Source: Haliotis cracherodii
Lineage: Eukaryota
Direction: 5' to 3'
Assembly: GCF_022045235.1 (NCBI RefSeq)
Contig: NW_027266265.1
Location: 16,988,001-17,052,000 of the forward strand
DNA length: 64,000 bases
Part shown: positions 49,381 through 63,123 of the stretch, piece by piece
Layout of the letters: the number at the start of each line of letters is the position of its first letter
Position numbering within the stretch: position 1 is the stretch's first letter
The notes under the pieces: model-generated
Seen by the model: the letters and a program-made list of their open reading frames with translations, nothing else
Database searches by the model: none
What the model was told of the DNA's origin: nothing
Program-made: the position numbers and the translations under genes

Positions 49381-50162
49381 ACAAGTGTTTCAGTGTGGGG
49401 CAGGGCCGAAGCCCTAGCAACTCTCAGGAGTCAAGTTTTATGACCTGTTCGCTGTGTACGGGACCACGTGCCACCACGTTATGGCGATGTTAGATATATC
49501 GTTATGTAAATAAAACCATAAAAGAAGAAAATATTTTGCATAATTCTGCAAAGAGGAGGACAGTGTTTGGAAAGCGACAATCTCACCTACCGTTGGGCCC
49601 ATCGACTTCCTTGTAGTATTCCCCCAGCTGTATTCATACACATGATAAGTGTCAGTTTCCTGTAACGACTTCTGGTCCTCATACATTCAAGGACGGAAGG
49701 CTAGCATGTATCAGTCATTCAAACAACGTGCGACAAATGCGTATCGCCAGTCATCATGGGGGCTTCTATTTTTCATCCAATCAGAATGCTCGAGCTTGTT
49801 ATTGCGTTGTACATCTGCGATGTTTGTGAACAGTGTTCCAGCGCCCAGCGACTCCGTTTATTGCTCAATTCCAGCAAGCAAGTGTGTGTGTGTGTGTGAA
49901 TCACGTCGGCTTGACCACTCATATTCATCTGTTACAGCGACGGTGTGGTGATCCTGTGTGTCGGCTGTAAGATAGGGAAGCTGAATATGCCACAGGACGT
50001 GGTGAAACTGAACTGAACTTTTCTACACACTGTGAGGCTGCTATTAGCGGCGTTATAGAAGTACTGACTCATTTCAACAACAAACACATGTACGTGAAAA
50101 TGTAGAATAAATTCAAAACACAAACAAATAGATATATCATATATGTTGAGGCGTGTCACAGT

Positions 50163-50925
50163 CCCCCGTCATCGTGTCCTGAATGTTGTGCTTTGTCATG
50201 GTACCCCGTCACTGTGTCCTGAATGTTGTGCTTTGTCATGGTACCCCGTCACTGTGTCCTGAATGTTGTGTTGTGTCATGGTACCCCGTCACTGTGTCCT
50301 GAATGTTGTGGTGTGTCATGGTACCCCGTCACTGTGTCCTGAATATTGTGGTGTGTCATGGTACCCCGTCACTGTGTCCTGAATGTTGTGTTGTGTCATG
50401 GTACCCCGTCACTGTGTCCTGAATGTTGTGTTGTGTCATGGTACCCCGTCACTGTGTCCTGAATGTTGTGGTGTGTCATGGTACCCCGTCACTGTGTCCT
50501 GAATATTGTGGTGTGTCATGGTACCCCGTCACTGTGTCCTGAATGTTGTGGTGTGTCATGGTACCCCGTCACTGTGTTCTGAATGTTGTGTTGTGTCATG
50601 GTACCCCGTCACTGTGTCCTGAATGTTGTGATGTGTCATGGTACCCCGTCACTGTGTCCTGAATATTGTGTTGTGTCATGGTACCCCGTCACTGTGTCCT
50701 GAATGTTGTGATGTGTCATGGTACCCCGTCACTGTGTCCTGAATATTGTGGTGTGTCATGGTACCCCGTCACTGTGTCCTGAATATTGTGATGTGTCATG
50801 GTACCCCGTCACTGTGTCCTGAATATTGTGGTGTGTCATGGTACCCCGTCATCATGCCCTGAATGTTGTGGTGTGTCATGGTACCCCGTTATCGTGTCCA
50901 GAATGTTGTGCTGTGTCGTGGTACC
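50163..50925. repeat. 40-bp minisatellite, ~19 units
   Basis: GTACCCCGTCACTGTGTCCTGAATGTTGTGGTGTGTCATG. Confidence 0.97.
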
Positions 50926-52423
50926 TCTTTATCTCGTCCTTACTGTTGTCTCTCTCATCGACATCGCAACTACAACCAGGCAACGTCCAAAGTAAGACCA
51001 CATAAGCCTGTTGACAACAGGAATGGCGATCCAGCCTTCAACTATCATAACAAGAAGGCAGTATTTCAATAACTGGATTATCTCATTCAGACCTCATTAT
51101 TAACAGGCCCTCATCATATATATGGGATATTTCTAAATAAACAAACAAACTAACTAACAAATGGTATGTCATAAAATTGAGTGTACCATGGCCACGACAT
51201 TGTATTTTAAAGACGCTTCAGGCGAATTTAAAGTTGATATTTTGCAACGCTCGTCCTTATTTGTTTTGTTTGTTTGTTGTTTAACGCCGAACTCAGCAAT
51301 AGTCAAGCTATATGACGGCGGTCTGACATCATGGTCATCGATCTACGTAATTGGGATACGACACGACGCATCAACCAAATTAGTCCGTTCCCGTTAGTCG
51401 CTTCTGACGACAAGCATTTAGGAGTGGGTTGTTCTAGCTGAAGTACTGTCGGAAAGGCTAGAAGAATGCTTTTTGCCCGTTAAAACAAGATAGAATGTTT
51501 GACAAACTGTTGCTATTGGAATATCAAGTAACTACCGATGTACCTACGTGTGGTTTGAACAATTTCAGTCACAAGGAGTCCTATCGACAATTTTGCACAT
51601 TTCGAACGAAAAAAGCAACTTCACTTCACAAGTCCAATGAGGGAAGTCTGAAACGCAAATAGAAATACGCGCACGTGACCCCGTTAACATAATCATAATT
51701 ATCATAATCATAATAATGATTAATCATTCTGGATGTGCATCTTAGAAATAACAAAATCACGCTGCATGCGTTATTAACTTATCTACTTGTAGTAGAAGTC
51801 GGGAGGTAATTAATGTTCCCCAGACGACATTATATTTACCTCTCCTCTTTATGGGATTTCGATACACAATTCATGTGGCGCTGACCGAGCAGTTTTCAGG
51901 AGAAAATATTGCATCATGCCAATGAGGTCACATTATCTCCACGCAAGTCATGACGATCTTGCAGGTTCATAATAAAAACATGCTGTTTCAGCTCAGAAAA
52001 AAATGCCAATATAATGAGTGAGTGAGTTTGGTACACCACTTTGATCAATGTTTTAATTATATCACGGAATAGCAACTTGATGTGGGAAGAAAGTTCAAAG
52101 GGACGTTAAACCAAACTCACTCACTCACTCACTCACTCACTCACTCACTCACTCACTCACTCACTCACTCACTATTCAGAATATAAGCTGCAGAATAGTT
52201 TTGATGCAATCCAAAACGTATTGAAGAGCAAATAATGTTTAGTCTCACTGTCTATCAGTTTTATGACACTGCGTCTTTGCTTTGTAGAGTTACCTCCCTT
52301 AGTTGTCCGCTTAGGATCCGCATATAGAGAGTTATAATTTCATATTTGCCCTAACTGTGATCCTTTGACTCAGTATTATACACATCAAAGTGCAAACATC
52401 TACGGATTTAGTTCAACGTTAAA

Positions 52424-53110
52424 TTGACACGCCATGAAATAACGAAAATACTACCCAACAATAAAATTCAAGTCAGGAATGTCAAGGAGGACCTGGTTAC
52501 AAAGGAAATAACCATAAATCTCATTGAAAAGATGGATCTAGGAAAGAACATCAGTGACCAGTGTCATGAAAAGTTGTCTGAAGTTATTTTCAAACATTAC
52601 AACACTTTTAGCTCACGCGATGAAGGCATTGGATTTTGCGATGCAGTTCAGCACAAGATCGTAACCCTGGATGAAATCCCAGTCAAGGCCCCTCATAGAC
52701 GGATTCCACCCGAGCAATGGGAAGAAGTCCGGGAATATATCGGAAAAGCACTAGTTAATTGCATCATAAGGGAATCTTTAAGTCCTTATGCATCACCAGC
52801 GGTCCTGGTCCGCAAGAGTAATGGAAAGCTGAGGAATAGCTGTGACTACAGAGCTTTAAATGCGAAGACACGCAAAGATGCCTATCCTCTGCCCAGGATT
52901 GATGAAGCATTAGATGTTTTGACGGGTACTTTTGCATCCTGGACCCGGGGCGTGGTTTCAACTAGATTCCAGTTGCTGAGGGAGACATCGAAAAGACTTG
53001 CCTTCAGGATAGGTACTGGCGGACTTTATGAATATACCAGGATGCCCTTTGGTCTAACCGGTGCACAAGCAACATTCATGCGCCCCATGGACAAGATCTT
53101 CAGTATAAAT
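52424..53110 (+). mobile_element. Ty3/Gypsy pol (reverse transcriptase) fragment, degenerate
   Basis: IIRESLSPYASPAVLVRK, DYRALNAKTRKDAYPLPRIDEALD and YEYTRMPFGL. An internal frame disturbance is present and the fragment ends before YxDD. Confidence 0.9.
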
Positions 53111-53547
53111 AAAATACATGGACCCAGAGAACGACTTTGTCCAGCTTTTACACCTACAAAACATGTGTTAGTTTCGGATATTCAGAAGTAAACGACTGTG
53201 TTTGAATGAAGGTGCAACAGGGAAGCCCTTTCAAAAGGAGAGTTACCGCACTTTGGGACACAAATACCACCAATTAATGCCTTCAGTGAGATTGAAACAT
53301 TCTGACTATTTGTGGCTGAAACAAATTTTGTTTGAATGGCTGGAGTTATAATTGGCTGGACTGTCAGTTTGCTCGAGTTTAGTGCCCCTTTAAGCGCTCG
53401 TTTTCCGCTACCAAACAAACCAGGCCAAATCAATGATGCCTTCATTACGTTAACGGGTCATTGCAGCTCGCGCAGTTCCGTGGCTATGACTTGATACCGA
53501 GTCGACATACTTATCATCTGTTTGAGTCGGCCTACATTGTGTACAGC

Positions 53548-53647
53548 ATGGCGGACAAGACAACTCCTTACTTTGACACTATCGTCGTCGGATGCGGAGG
53601 AATCGGTAGCGCAGCAGTATTTTGGTTGTCAAAGACATCATCCTCAG
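53548..53647 (+). CDS. Exon 1 of a monomeric sarcosine oxidase / SolA-like FAD-dependent oxidoreductase
   Basis: MADKTTPYFDTIVVGCGGIGSAAVFWLSK contains the GxGxxG Rossmann motif; phase-1 donor CAG|GTATG at 53648. Confidence 0.85.
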
Positions 53648-54392
53648 GTATGCATCCTATAGAATGACGCCAAACATATATGTACTCTAACAGTAGGTAT
53701 TAATATAGTAGAGGTTGCTATCTAGGTCAAGACGAGTCATTCCTTTATAGGGCGATAAAATGTAGGCCTTTCACCTGGAATACTTTGCACAGCAATGGCA
53801 GGAATCATTCTTCGTGTGGATATCTAGTGTGAAGCCGAGAGCCGCGATGGGGTCCAACAGTCTTACATGACCTAACATCACTACCGAGAACACATCCTTC
53901 ATAAATCATATTCAGACTGTGGGGGGATGATTACCGTCGTATTTTTCTGAGATTTACTCCCAGATAATTTCCCGAGCTATACACGTACTAGTCATAATTT
54001 TATTACCACAACCTAAGTTAATAACAGGCCGGTAGCCCGTTCACTTCATGTTTCCACGGTATGGAGCTGACATGTTGACAAGGCATGTGCATGGGCTATA
54101 TTTCTATATGCACATGCACTGATAATCCGGAACAGAGCGTGAAATGTAATCGTTGAGATGGCCCGAGTGAGATGTGCAGACATCCGGCAAACTAAATCAT
54201 GTTGCGTCCTAGATATTCGCTATTCTTTTCTCAACGTCGTGACTGCCGTAACTGAGCCGTAATTACCTCTGTGAAGACTGGCACGTGGACACAGTAGGGT
54301 GGGTTCAAGTAGCTAGGTATATAACTAAGGTGGCAGAATAATTGCCAGTTGGGGGAGCGCCTATTCAGGTCAGGTTAACCAGCTGGCTGTCG

Positions 54393-54541
54393 GAGGCGGT
54401 CGGGTAGCCTAGTGGTTAAAACATTGGCTCATCACGCCGAAGATCCGGGTTCTATTCCCGACATGGGTACAATGTGTGAAGCCAATTTTTGGTGTCCCCC
54501 GCTGTGTTATTGCTGCAATATTGCAATATCACTCACTCACT
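54393..54541 (+). mobile_element. SINE family A copy
   Basis: GGCGGTCGGGTAGCCTAGTGGTTAAA...ACTCACTCAC. Confidence 0.8.
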
Positions 54542-54782
54542 CCAAGTTCACTAACTCACTCCAAGTCCAGGGCAAAGACATTGCCTCTTCGTCTGCCCTT
54601 TGTTGTCAGTTACTATGTTAATATCTATACTGTACTGGTCTGGTATTCAGACTGCACCTGTGTGTACATCCGCGTGTAGGATACACCTGCTTGCTGGTCA
54701 TGACTTAGTTGCAGAGTTGGAATCGCCCTTCAATTGCCAGCAATATAGTGACTATACTGTGGATACAACCTCTAATAGTAGT

Positions 54783-55045
54783 GGGTGGCACGGGTGGCGC
54801 CGCATTTCACTGTGCAGAGTTACGTCCCTTGGGAACGCCAAGAACCTTTGGTTGTGGGCTCGAATTCCGGTTCGCCCCAAAGATGTTTCTAGGTTTGTCA
54901 GTACCATACCCGTTCTCGTGGGTTTAACCAAACTGATGAACGTCAGAGACCTGCATCATTTCTTGAGTGCCTCCCAAATTAAACTGACACCAGTGATACA
55001 ACTGGAATACTGTTAACGGCGTTAAACCAAACTCACTCACTCACT
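54783..55045 (+). mobile_element. SINE family B copy
   Basis: GGCACGGGTGGCGCC...GGCGTTAAACCAAACTCACTCACTC. Confidence 0.78.
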
Positions 55046-55367
55046 CGTTCTAACAGTGTTAGCAGCATTACCCTATTCTCCTCCACGAAGACATACAGTT
55101 TTAAGTTGCCTCAGTTATGACTCAATGTGTTCCCGAAAAGGGTAAGCATATATTATTCTATCGGTAGCACCCGCCACTGGTAAGCGTTTGTTTGTTTCCA
55201 CCGCAAGAACACCTTGCATGTTTCTACCTACCTTGTCCAATATATATTGAGACATCTGTCAGGTCGTATTGAAATTAAAATAAAAACTTGGAGTGGATTT
55301 ATGTTGGATTAAGATTTTGAAGTTTGGATTGGGAGGTTAAAACATTTGCTTTCCGATTGTATTTCAG

Positions 55368-55434
55368 TTTTGGGTTTGGAACAGTTTGAACTTGGACATG
55401 AGAGAGGCGGTTCACAGGATGTTTCTCGAGTTAT
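55368..55434 (+). CDS. Exon 2 of the sarcosine-oxidase-like gene
   Basis: ATTTCAG| ... |GTGAGT. Spliced in phase to exon 1 it reads VLGLEQFELGHERGGSQDVSRV(I), the family motif that follows the Rossmann helix. Confidence 0.85.
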
Positions 55435-55753
55435 GTGAGTACAAGACCTCTAACTTATTTAAGCTCTGTATTGCTTTACTTCATATGTACTCTCTCCATG
55501 AAATATAGGGCATAATGAAATATAAATGCAATGATCAGTCGTCAGAAGAAAGATCAGCTTTGAAAAATGACTGAAAGAGATAGAGGAGAACCAAAACCTA
55601 ATGCACCAACACGCCCGGGACATTGCAATGTTGACCATGCAATTCCTCTGCGCACGTAGACAGAGTGTCATTCTCGATTTTGACACGTCAGTCAAAGATC
55701 TTTAAATCGCTCTGATTTTCATAATCAACAGAATCGCGTAAGCTCTTGCTTCA

Positions 55754-57010
55754 CAGACAGACAGACTGACAGTTTATTCAGTAATTTTGGCAACAGGGCC
55801 CATAGTACAATGCAGATTGGATATTAACATTTGTCACGTGATGTACATGATTAGATTTTAAATCAAGTTACACATTCCTCATTATAAAGACATGTTTTAA
55901 GAATACAGAAACAGCATGGATCATATCAGGATTTTCAGAGTTTAGCAGATTTATCATTAACTGACGGTCTTTAAAAATACCTTGCAACATGGGGAAATTG
56001 GAATACGTTTTACATATAAGTAAGACATGGTATTTATCCTCTACTTCTCCGGATGAACAGTTTGTACAAACTGAGTTCACAATATCTTGAGAAATCCATA
56101 CATATCAAAAGCCACTAACAAATAATAGATTTCTCACATCTGAAACCAAATTATTTTTTTCCATTATCATCAAGCCCCTTTAACATTTTGTAACACTGAT
56201 ATGGGTATCTATCAGGCATCATTCTAAGTAACTTAATCCAATACTTAATTACCCTTAATTGGCTGGCTACAAAAAAATTACAACGGCCTGTTTCACCAAG
56301 GATTGCCTTGTTTGAGACAAACTTACCAACACGTAAAAAACATTTGAAATATGAAGTGTGAACTTTTTCAATTGCAGTATAATACTTAGCACCCCATATT
56401 TCAGAACCACACAAAAGTATAGGCATAATTTTGCCTTCTTAAATCGTACATGCGGTGAAAAAGATACACGACTATTTTTCCTGAATAAATTATAAAGAGG
56501 CATAATGGTTTTCAACGCTTATTGCTTACATGCCATAGACCATGACAAGCTAGAGGAAAACATAAGTCCTAAATATTTATAGTAAATGACTCCACTCAAG
56601 GCAGACGAACCAAGAAACCACTTAACATGTTTTGCAACAATACCACCTTTTCTAAAAACTACAACATTGGTTTTATTCAGATTTACTTCGAGGCTCCATT
56701 TTGAACAGTACCTCTGTAACACAGTTGACTGTTTTTGCAAGCCATTTACAGAATAAGAAATAGCACATCACAAGCAAAGAGAAGGAGCATAATGTCCATT
56801 ATTTCTTGTATTACCAATATCCTATGTTGAGAACTATTTTGCAGCTCTATAGTAAGTTCATTTATGAATAAATATAACAACAACGGACTTAAAACACAAC
56901 CTTGTCGTACACCGGAGGATGTTGTAAAGCAGTCCGTACGTTCATTATTGACCTTTATACATGCGCTGACTGATGCATACATGTACAGACATTTTACCAT
57001 GACCTTGCTT
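55754..57010 (-). mobile_element. Degenerate 5'-truncated LINE (RT, C-terminal Cys/His motif, (TCTG)n tail)
   Basis: GVRQGCVLSPLL, YKYLG, CGSEIWG and CTNC...VEDKYHVLLIC across several minus-strand ORFs; AATAAA precedes the tail. Confidence 0.88.
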
Positions 57011-57034
57011 CACTGCAGTATTTGTGATCAGATT

Positions 57035-57900
57035 GGGGGTGCGTCGACTACAAGGTGATGGACGAGCAATTGGCATGCTTGAAATTGGTAGAATTCATCG
57101 AGAAGTAGCGAACATGTTCAATGTGTCTCAGTCTGTAATTTGCAGACTTTGGATTGGATGGGGATGGGGATGATTGGCCCCGCACAGGGCGCCATAGGTC
57201 CATTAATGAAGGCTTACAAAATCGAGACCAAACAGCCAATCAAATCGCTTTTCACTTGTGCCAGACCACCGGACGCCAATTGTGTTTAGAGCGTAGAGTG
57301 ACAGAGGCCGTCAAAAGTCAGCAACAAGTCCAGGATGGATTAATCAGAAACCAGGCTTTAAGAAATCGAGCCGAATCAGCCAATCAAATCGCTGTTTAAT
57401 TGCGCTAGGCCACCAGAATCCAAGTTGTAGACCAGACAATTAGAAATGGTTTGCATGCACCTAATCAACAGCTCGTCAACGTAAGACAACATGAGAGAAT
57501 TGGGGGTGTATCTGTAATGATCTTGGGCGGGATCACTATGACTTCCAGAACGCCACTGCATATTGTCCATAGATAGGTCGCTTGACAGTTCTACTGAGGC
57601 AACATACTGGCGCCAAAAGTGGTGCCGTTTGCACGATAAACAGGTCCACCTTTTGTCTCCCAATACGACAATGCTCGTGCCCACCGTGCAGTATCGTAAC
57701 TGACTATCTCCAGCAGCAAAACATCACCAGAATGCAAAGGCCAGATCTCCCAGTCCTGACTTTTCCCAAACAGAGCACATCTGGGACATCCGTTTCGTTA
57801 GCCGAACTAAAGTGGATAAGAGTCCCTCTAATTTTCATTGGGAGAGATTGATTCGGACCATGCCACGCCCTACAAACGAACTTGTGACCAATCGTGGGAC
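57035..57900 (+). mobile_element. Highly degenerate Tc1 transposase
   Basis: RAIGMLEIGR..REVANMFNVSQSVICRLW (HTH) and QYDNARAHRA. Confidence 0.7.
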
Positions 57901-58954
57901 ATTACCCATAACTGATCAAGTCATCTCAAACGTTTTGTTTTTACTATACACCTGTCGTCTTTCTTGGTTGTTTGCACCCTCACAACACACCGCCAACATC
58001 CATTACCATCACTCGAGACGTCTTTGTATTTCTGTAACCATCTGTTTTTCTCGAACATACCCTACTTATTTGAAAGTAAGTTCCGACTTTGGTGGGAGGG
58101 TAGCCATAAAGATAAAAAAAAATAATTTGAAAGCAACCAATGCGACTGGGTATGCTTGAAGGCAAACAACTGAACCAAACCAGGTCATTTTGATTATAAC
58201 AAAATAGAGCCAAGGAGATTTTGACAGTCAGCGAATCGGAATCGAGAAAAAGTGATATAATTTGAAGGAAACAAATCAGAGCCAGTATACACGTCTAACT
58301 TAAACGAACTGCCCACTCAGTCAAATTATGGCCATAACTAAAGGTAGTCATCAAGTTGTAGGAAATGGCTGCATTATCTGAAGTAACACGGGCATTAATG
58401 AGCCACATAGTTCACTTTCCAACACAAGTCAGTACAAAATCTCGATTGGAGGCATGTAGCAAAAACATTTTGAGTAGGCAGTGTAGTATCCTGTGTTTTT
58501 CTGATTCCTTCAACCTAATCGTTTGTAAAAGGAGCGCTCGATGTTCACCTTGACCTCTCAGACCTCTTCACAGTGGACGTCGCGGTTCCTGATTGGGAGT
58601 TAAAACCGTTATTTGGTGTATATCCTCCCTGAAAATCAATACAGCGGACTTAACGGCTAATTTGACACTCCTTTCCACCCGGAACCGAAAATATACCTTG
58701 TCGTAACAGTCGAACAGTAGAAAATCATGATTCATTCCGTAAACCTATTCAGACGACCATGAGATGCGAATATATCAGGATAACAATGTAGAGCTGTCAC
58801 AAACCACATTGTTCCACAAATAAAATACATATTTTACCATGAATCAGTACAAAGGTATTAATGTGCGAACAGATGTTTTACTGTAAATGCAATGTTGAGA
58901 ATAATTGGTTTATTATGTTTTATTTATAGTCGCCATGGTTACCACGATGAAACA

Positions 58955-59702
58955 TACAGTCGCCTCATCCCTCATGCCTACAGCGCGTAAGTTACATGTG
59001 TTCTTTAATTCAATAATCACAGGTTTGTGGAGATTGTATACAAAACAAGCATGGACCAATTATCTGGAATTGAAACTTGCAACAAGAAGGATTTCGCAAC
59101 ACCCACGAGTGAGTCAGAATTTAGGGTCACATATGAACTATTGCAGCAATTTCCTTGTTCAAAGAAGTCACGTCGGCATCATTTCGAATTCAAAGAAAAT
59201 GTGACCAATAAATGTATTATAGTTGTGTTAGATAAAAACTGTGGTCAAAGGAAACAAAATAACGTGTAACATATCACATATTTGTATTTAAATGTAGTAT
59301 GAAAACATTAAAACAACAAACTATTTTACCACGATACAATACAAACCTTCCTTTCAAAATAGAGATTTATGACAATGATGAGTATGAATCTGAGGCCGTT
59401 TAGAAACGACAAGAAGCTCTATTTGTTTGCAAGGATTATTGTTTTTAGAGATCCTATCAAAACATTACTGACTTCCCCGTACCCTGACATCAAGTGATGA
59501 ACTATTGTATACATTATTGTTATGAGGGAAGGGATGTTTGTCACTCTTCTGGCATGTTTTTTCGACCTCGAATCTAACTTCAAACTACTGGCACATGGGC
59601 AGGCACAAAGCACTTCAACTGGTAGTCGTGTCAGTACCTTCATTGCCCGTGACATAAACAGTGTACAATATCAAGACACGACTGTATTTCAGTTTGCAAG
59701 GC
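58955..59702 (+). repeat. 748-bp direct repeat, left copy (flanks the LINE)
   Basis: No mismatch seen against 63124-63871; ORF pairs are identical at offset 4169. Confidence 0.95.
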
Positions 59703-62700
59703 TAACCAGCGAGGATGTAGAGGGGAAGGCGGTGTGGCAATTTTAGTTAAGAAAAATATGTACAGGTACACTGATATATGTGAATGTGAGTATGATAGTG
59801 TTGTAGCTGTGAGACTCTCCCGTCCCCAGTGTGCTGATATGTATGTAGTGTGTGCTCTGCTCCCCTCCACTAATCACAACACAGCAGTGTATGAGGAGAG
59901 TGTCAAGGAAGTGTTCGACGTGGTTGATGAGCTATCAGAAAGCAGTTATGTTGTTCTTTGTGGAGATTTTAATACAGATCTTGTAAATTACCCAGCATCC
60001 CCTCGCTCCACTGTACTGCAGTCATACTTGGATACAAGAAACATGATACCATCATACAACTGTGGTGTCACTCTAGGTCGTCTCAAGACATGGTGCAACA
60101 AGGCTGGAACACAGTCATCTCTGATTGATTATATTTTCTTGCCAGATGCTCTTCAATCATCTGTGCTGACGACCTCTGTCAATAACAACATCGATTTCGA
60201 GATATCGGATCATTCACCAGTAGTGGTATCATTCCTTAGCGATGCGTTCTTAACAGAGCAAAAGCTATGGACTCCCCCAACTTACAAATGGCAGAAGGCG
60301 AATGGCCTTGAACTGAAGATGTACTCATCTGAAGTTAACAAAATACTTGGGGACACCCTTCCAGACGTGACACATGCTGACAGCGATATGGTGGAATATT
60401 ACTTTGATGCTATAGTGAGCTCTCTCCACACGTCAACAGCAATGTACATCCCAACAGGATCATACAGACCATACCTTCGGCCCTATTGGAGAGGATCTAG
60501 TCTAGACTACTACCACTACCAGATGCGTCATGCTAGACGACAATGGATATCTCAAGGTAAACCTAGAGGAGATGCACATGGCTCTTATAAACAGTATAAA
60601 GCAGCTAAATGCAACTTCCGTCGACAGAAAAGAAAAGCCGAACGGCAATGGGACAGACACAAGTATACAGAGCTGAACTCTGCCTGTGAAGTGGACATTG
60701 GTGAATTTTATAGAACTGTCAGGAGACAGAGGAAGACTAATGTAACGTGTACATCTCTACAGTATAAAGACAAGACGGCCAGCACACCCGAAGACATCTG
60801 CAATATGTGGACTGATTACTACGGAGATCTGCTGTCTCCTCTCGATAGGCCTGAGTTTGAAACGGACTTTTATGAGGAAACAAAATCAAAGGTTTGTGAT
60901 ATAGCAAACAGTAACATATCTGAGAACGATCCAATCCTGGCGACAAGTATTGCATCTAATGAAGTGAAATCAACCATTAAGAGGCTGAAAAAGAATAAGT
61001 CTCCTGGACCAGACTGTATTACTGTAGAACACCTCTGTAATGCTGACAATCTTCTGTTTAAACATCTGGCACACCTCTACAATATGATGATCAGTACTTG
61101 TTACACGCCTGTCATGATGAGAACTGGAACTATTATTCCCATCTACAAAGGGAATAATAAAGATAAATGCAACCCAGCTAATTATCGCGGTATCACTCTA
61201 ACATCTGTGATTGGGAAGGTATTTGAGAGGCTGTTGCTAGACAGACTGGAGTCCTACATCAAATCTATTAATCCTGATTTCCCACATCGTCTCCAATGCG
61301 GCTTCCGGAAAGAGCATGGCGCCAGTGTTGCTACATTTGTGTTAAAAGAGGCTATTTCTTATTATCAAGATAGACACTCAAATATATATGTTGCCTTTCT
61401 GGATAACGAAAAGGCCTTCAACAGGATATGGCATGAGGGGCTGCTACTGAAACTATACAATCTTGGTGTGAAAGGCCGTGCATGGCACATTATCCGTCAA
61501 TCTTACCAAGAAGCAAGTGCTTGTGTTAAATACAATGGGAGCACAGGTGATTTGTTCAATGTTCAACAAGGAGTAGGACAAGGTCGCGTGCTCTCAGCAT
61601 GGATGTTTCTAGTCTATATCAATGACCTGATATCCCAGCTTGATAATCTACAATGTGGACTAATTGTTGGTAAGGAGCACATCCCAACGGTAGTACTGGC
61701 TGATGACACTACTGTTGTGAGTACGAGTGTACATGGACTGAATATGTCTCTTGATACTATCCACCAGTATGCTCGGCGCTGGAGACTGACATATAACGCC
61801 AATAAGAGCTGTGTCTTGTCTTTTTGCAATAACAGAAGACATTGTAATAGACCTGTGTTCAGAATTGGAGATGTGACAATGAAGATCCAAAGCAGTACGA
61901 TTTATGCCGGCTCTCTGATACACACGGAAAAAGCAAGTGAACGAACTGCTAAGGCGCGACAGACAATCAACTCCTTAAGAAATGTTGGTCTTAGAGCTGG
62001 AGGATTGAGCCCAGTATCTTCATCGAATATCTGGCAACGAGTGATCTTCCCCACTGCCTTCTATACATGTGAGCTCTGGCCTAATATCAACAACCGTGAG
62101 ATCAGTGAGATGGAAACCCTACAGCGCTACTTTGCACGACGAGTCCAAAACCTTCACAGGAGATCCTCTACAGCTGCTACAACCCAGGTTCTAGGATTGT
62201 GGTCAATGCTGGGCAAGGTGGAGAAAATGAAGCTTCTCTTTCTGGGAAGACTCTGTAGAGCAGCAGGCACAACCATTGTGAAGCCGATTTTCTATCTCAG
62301 ACTATCCCAGTATGTCACCACGATCTCACACAGTGCCAGATCCATAACACATGATCTACTGAATGTGGCTCAAAAGTATGGATTCTCAGGCGTCTTAGAT
62401 AAACTAATCAACTCTGGGGAATTTCCATCTAAGAGTGTATGGAAGAGCATGGTACAACGAGCTATTAGTGAGTCTGAAAATATGAATTGGAGAAATACTT
62501 TGCAACAACGTCCAGACATGCATAGGTTTAGTGCTATCCACACCCGCCTTGCCCCACATCGTCTCTGGTCTCTGTGTATATGGTATGATATTACTCCCCC
62601 CCCCTGTATATGCTCTTGTAAAGCTCGGCATATTACCTGTAACGTCTGGACTATGTCTTATCTGTAACAGTGAATGTGATGACATTGTTAAGCACCAATT

Positions 62701-63123
62701 GCTTTACTGTGATGGCCTAATGAAACAGAGAAATGTGCTTAGTGAGTCTCTATTTGACAATGTTAGCCTTGAAACATATCTCAGACTTGAGGACACGTCT
62801 AGTGATGCCGTCAAGATTCTGACATACCTCGGTGCTATTACAGATGTGGTCCAGGACATGACACTTGACAGCTGGGCAACATTCATGAGTATCGTGGCTA
62901 AACATGTCAGCTCATGGAACTTAACATCCATATTGTATTTGTGAAGCTATGTCACACATCATGTAAATAGAGTTTCACGCATCACTTCATTACTGCTTAC
63001 CCAGCTCAACCTGTTGTATTCACATGTATTTTGTCATTGCCGTTGTCAAATAATGTAATGTAATTGTATGTACTACTCTCCAAATCATTGGGGGAAATAA
63101 AGAGTATTCATTCATTCATTCAT
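59703..63123 (+). mobile_element. Young 5'-truncated non-LTR retrotransposon (APE endonuclease + RT; RTE/RTEX-like, clade uncertain)
   Basis: ORF 59734-62667 has GGVAILV, GDFN, IDYI, SDH, KSPGPD, NYRGITL, QCGFR, GVGQG and LADD. A frameshift near the C9 run (~62596-62604) continues into CLIC...H...C (to 62944). AATAAA and an (ATTC)n tail end the element. Confidence 0.95.

Noticed and set aside
58200-59700. Possible decayed transposase or oxidase exon 3
   Set aside because: No recognisable motif or phase-compatible exon found by eye.
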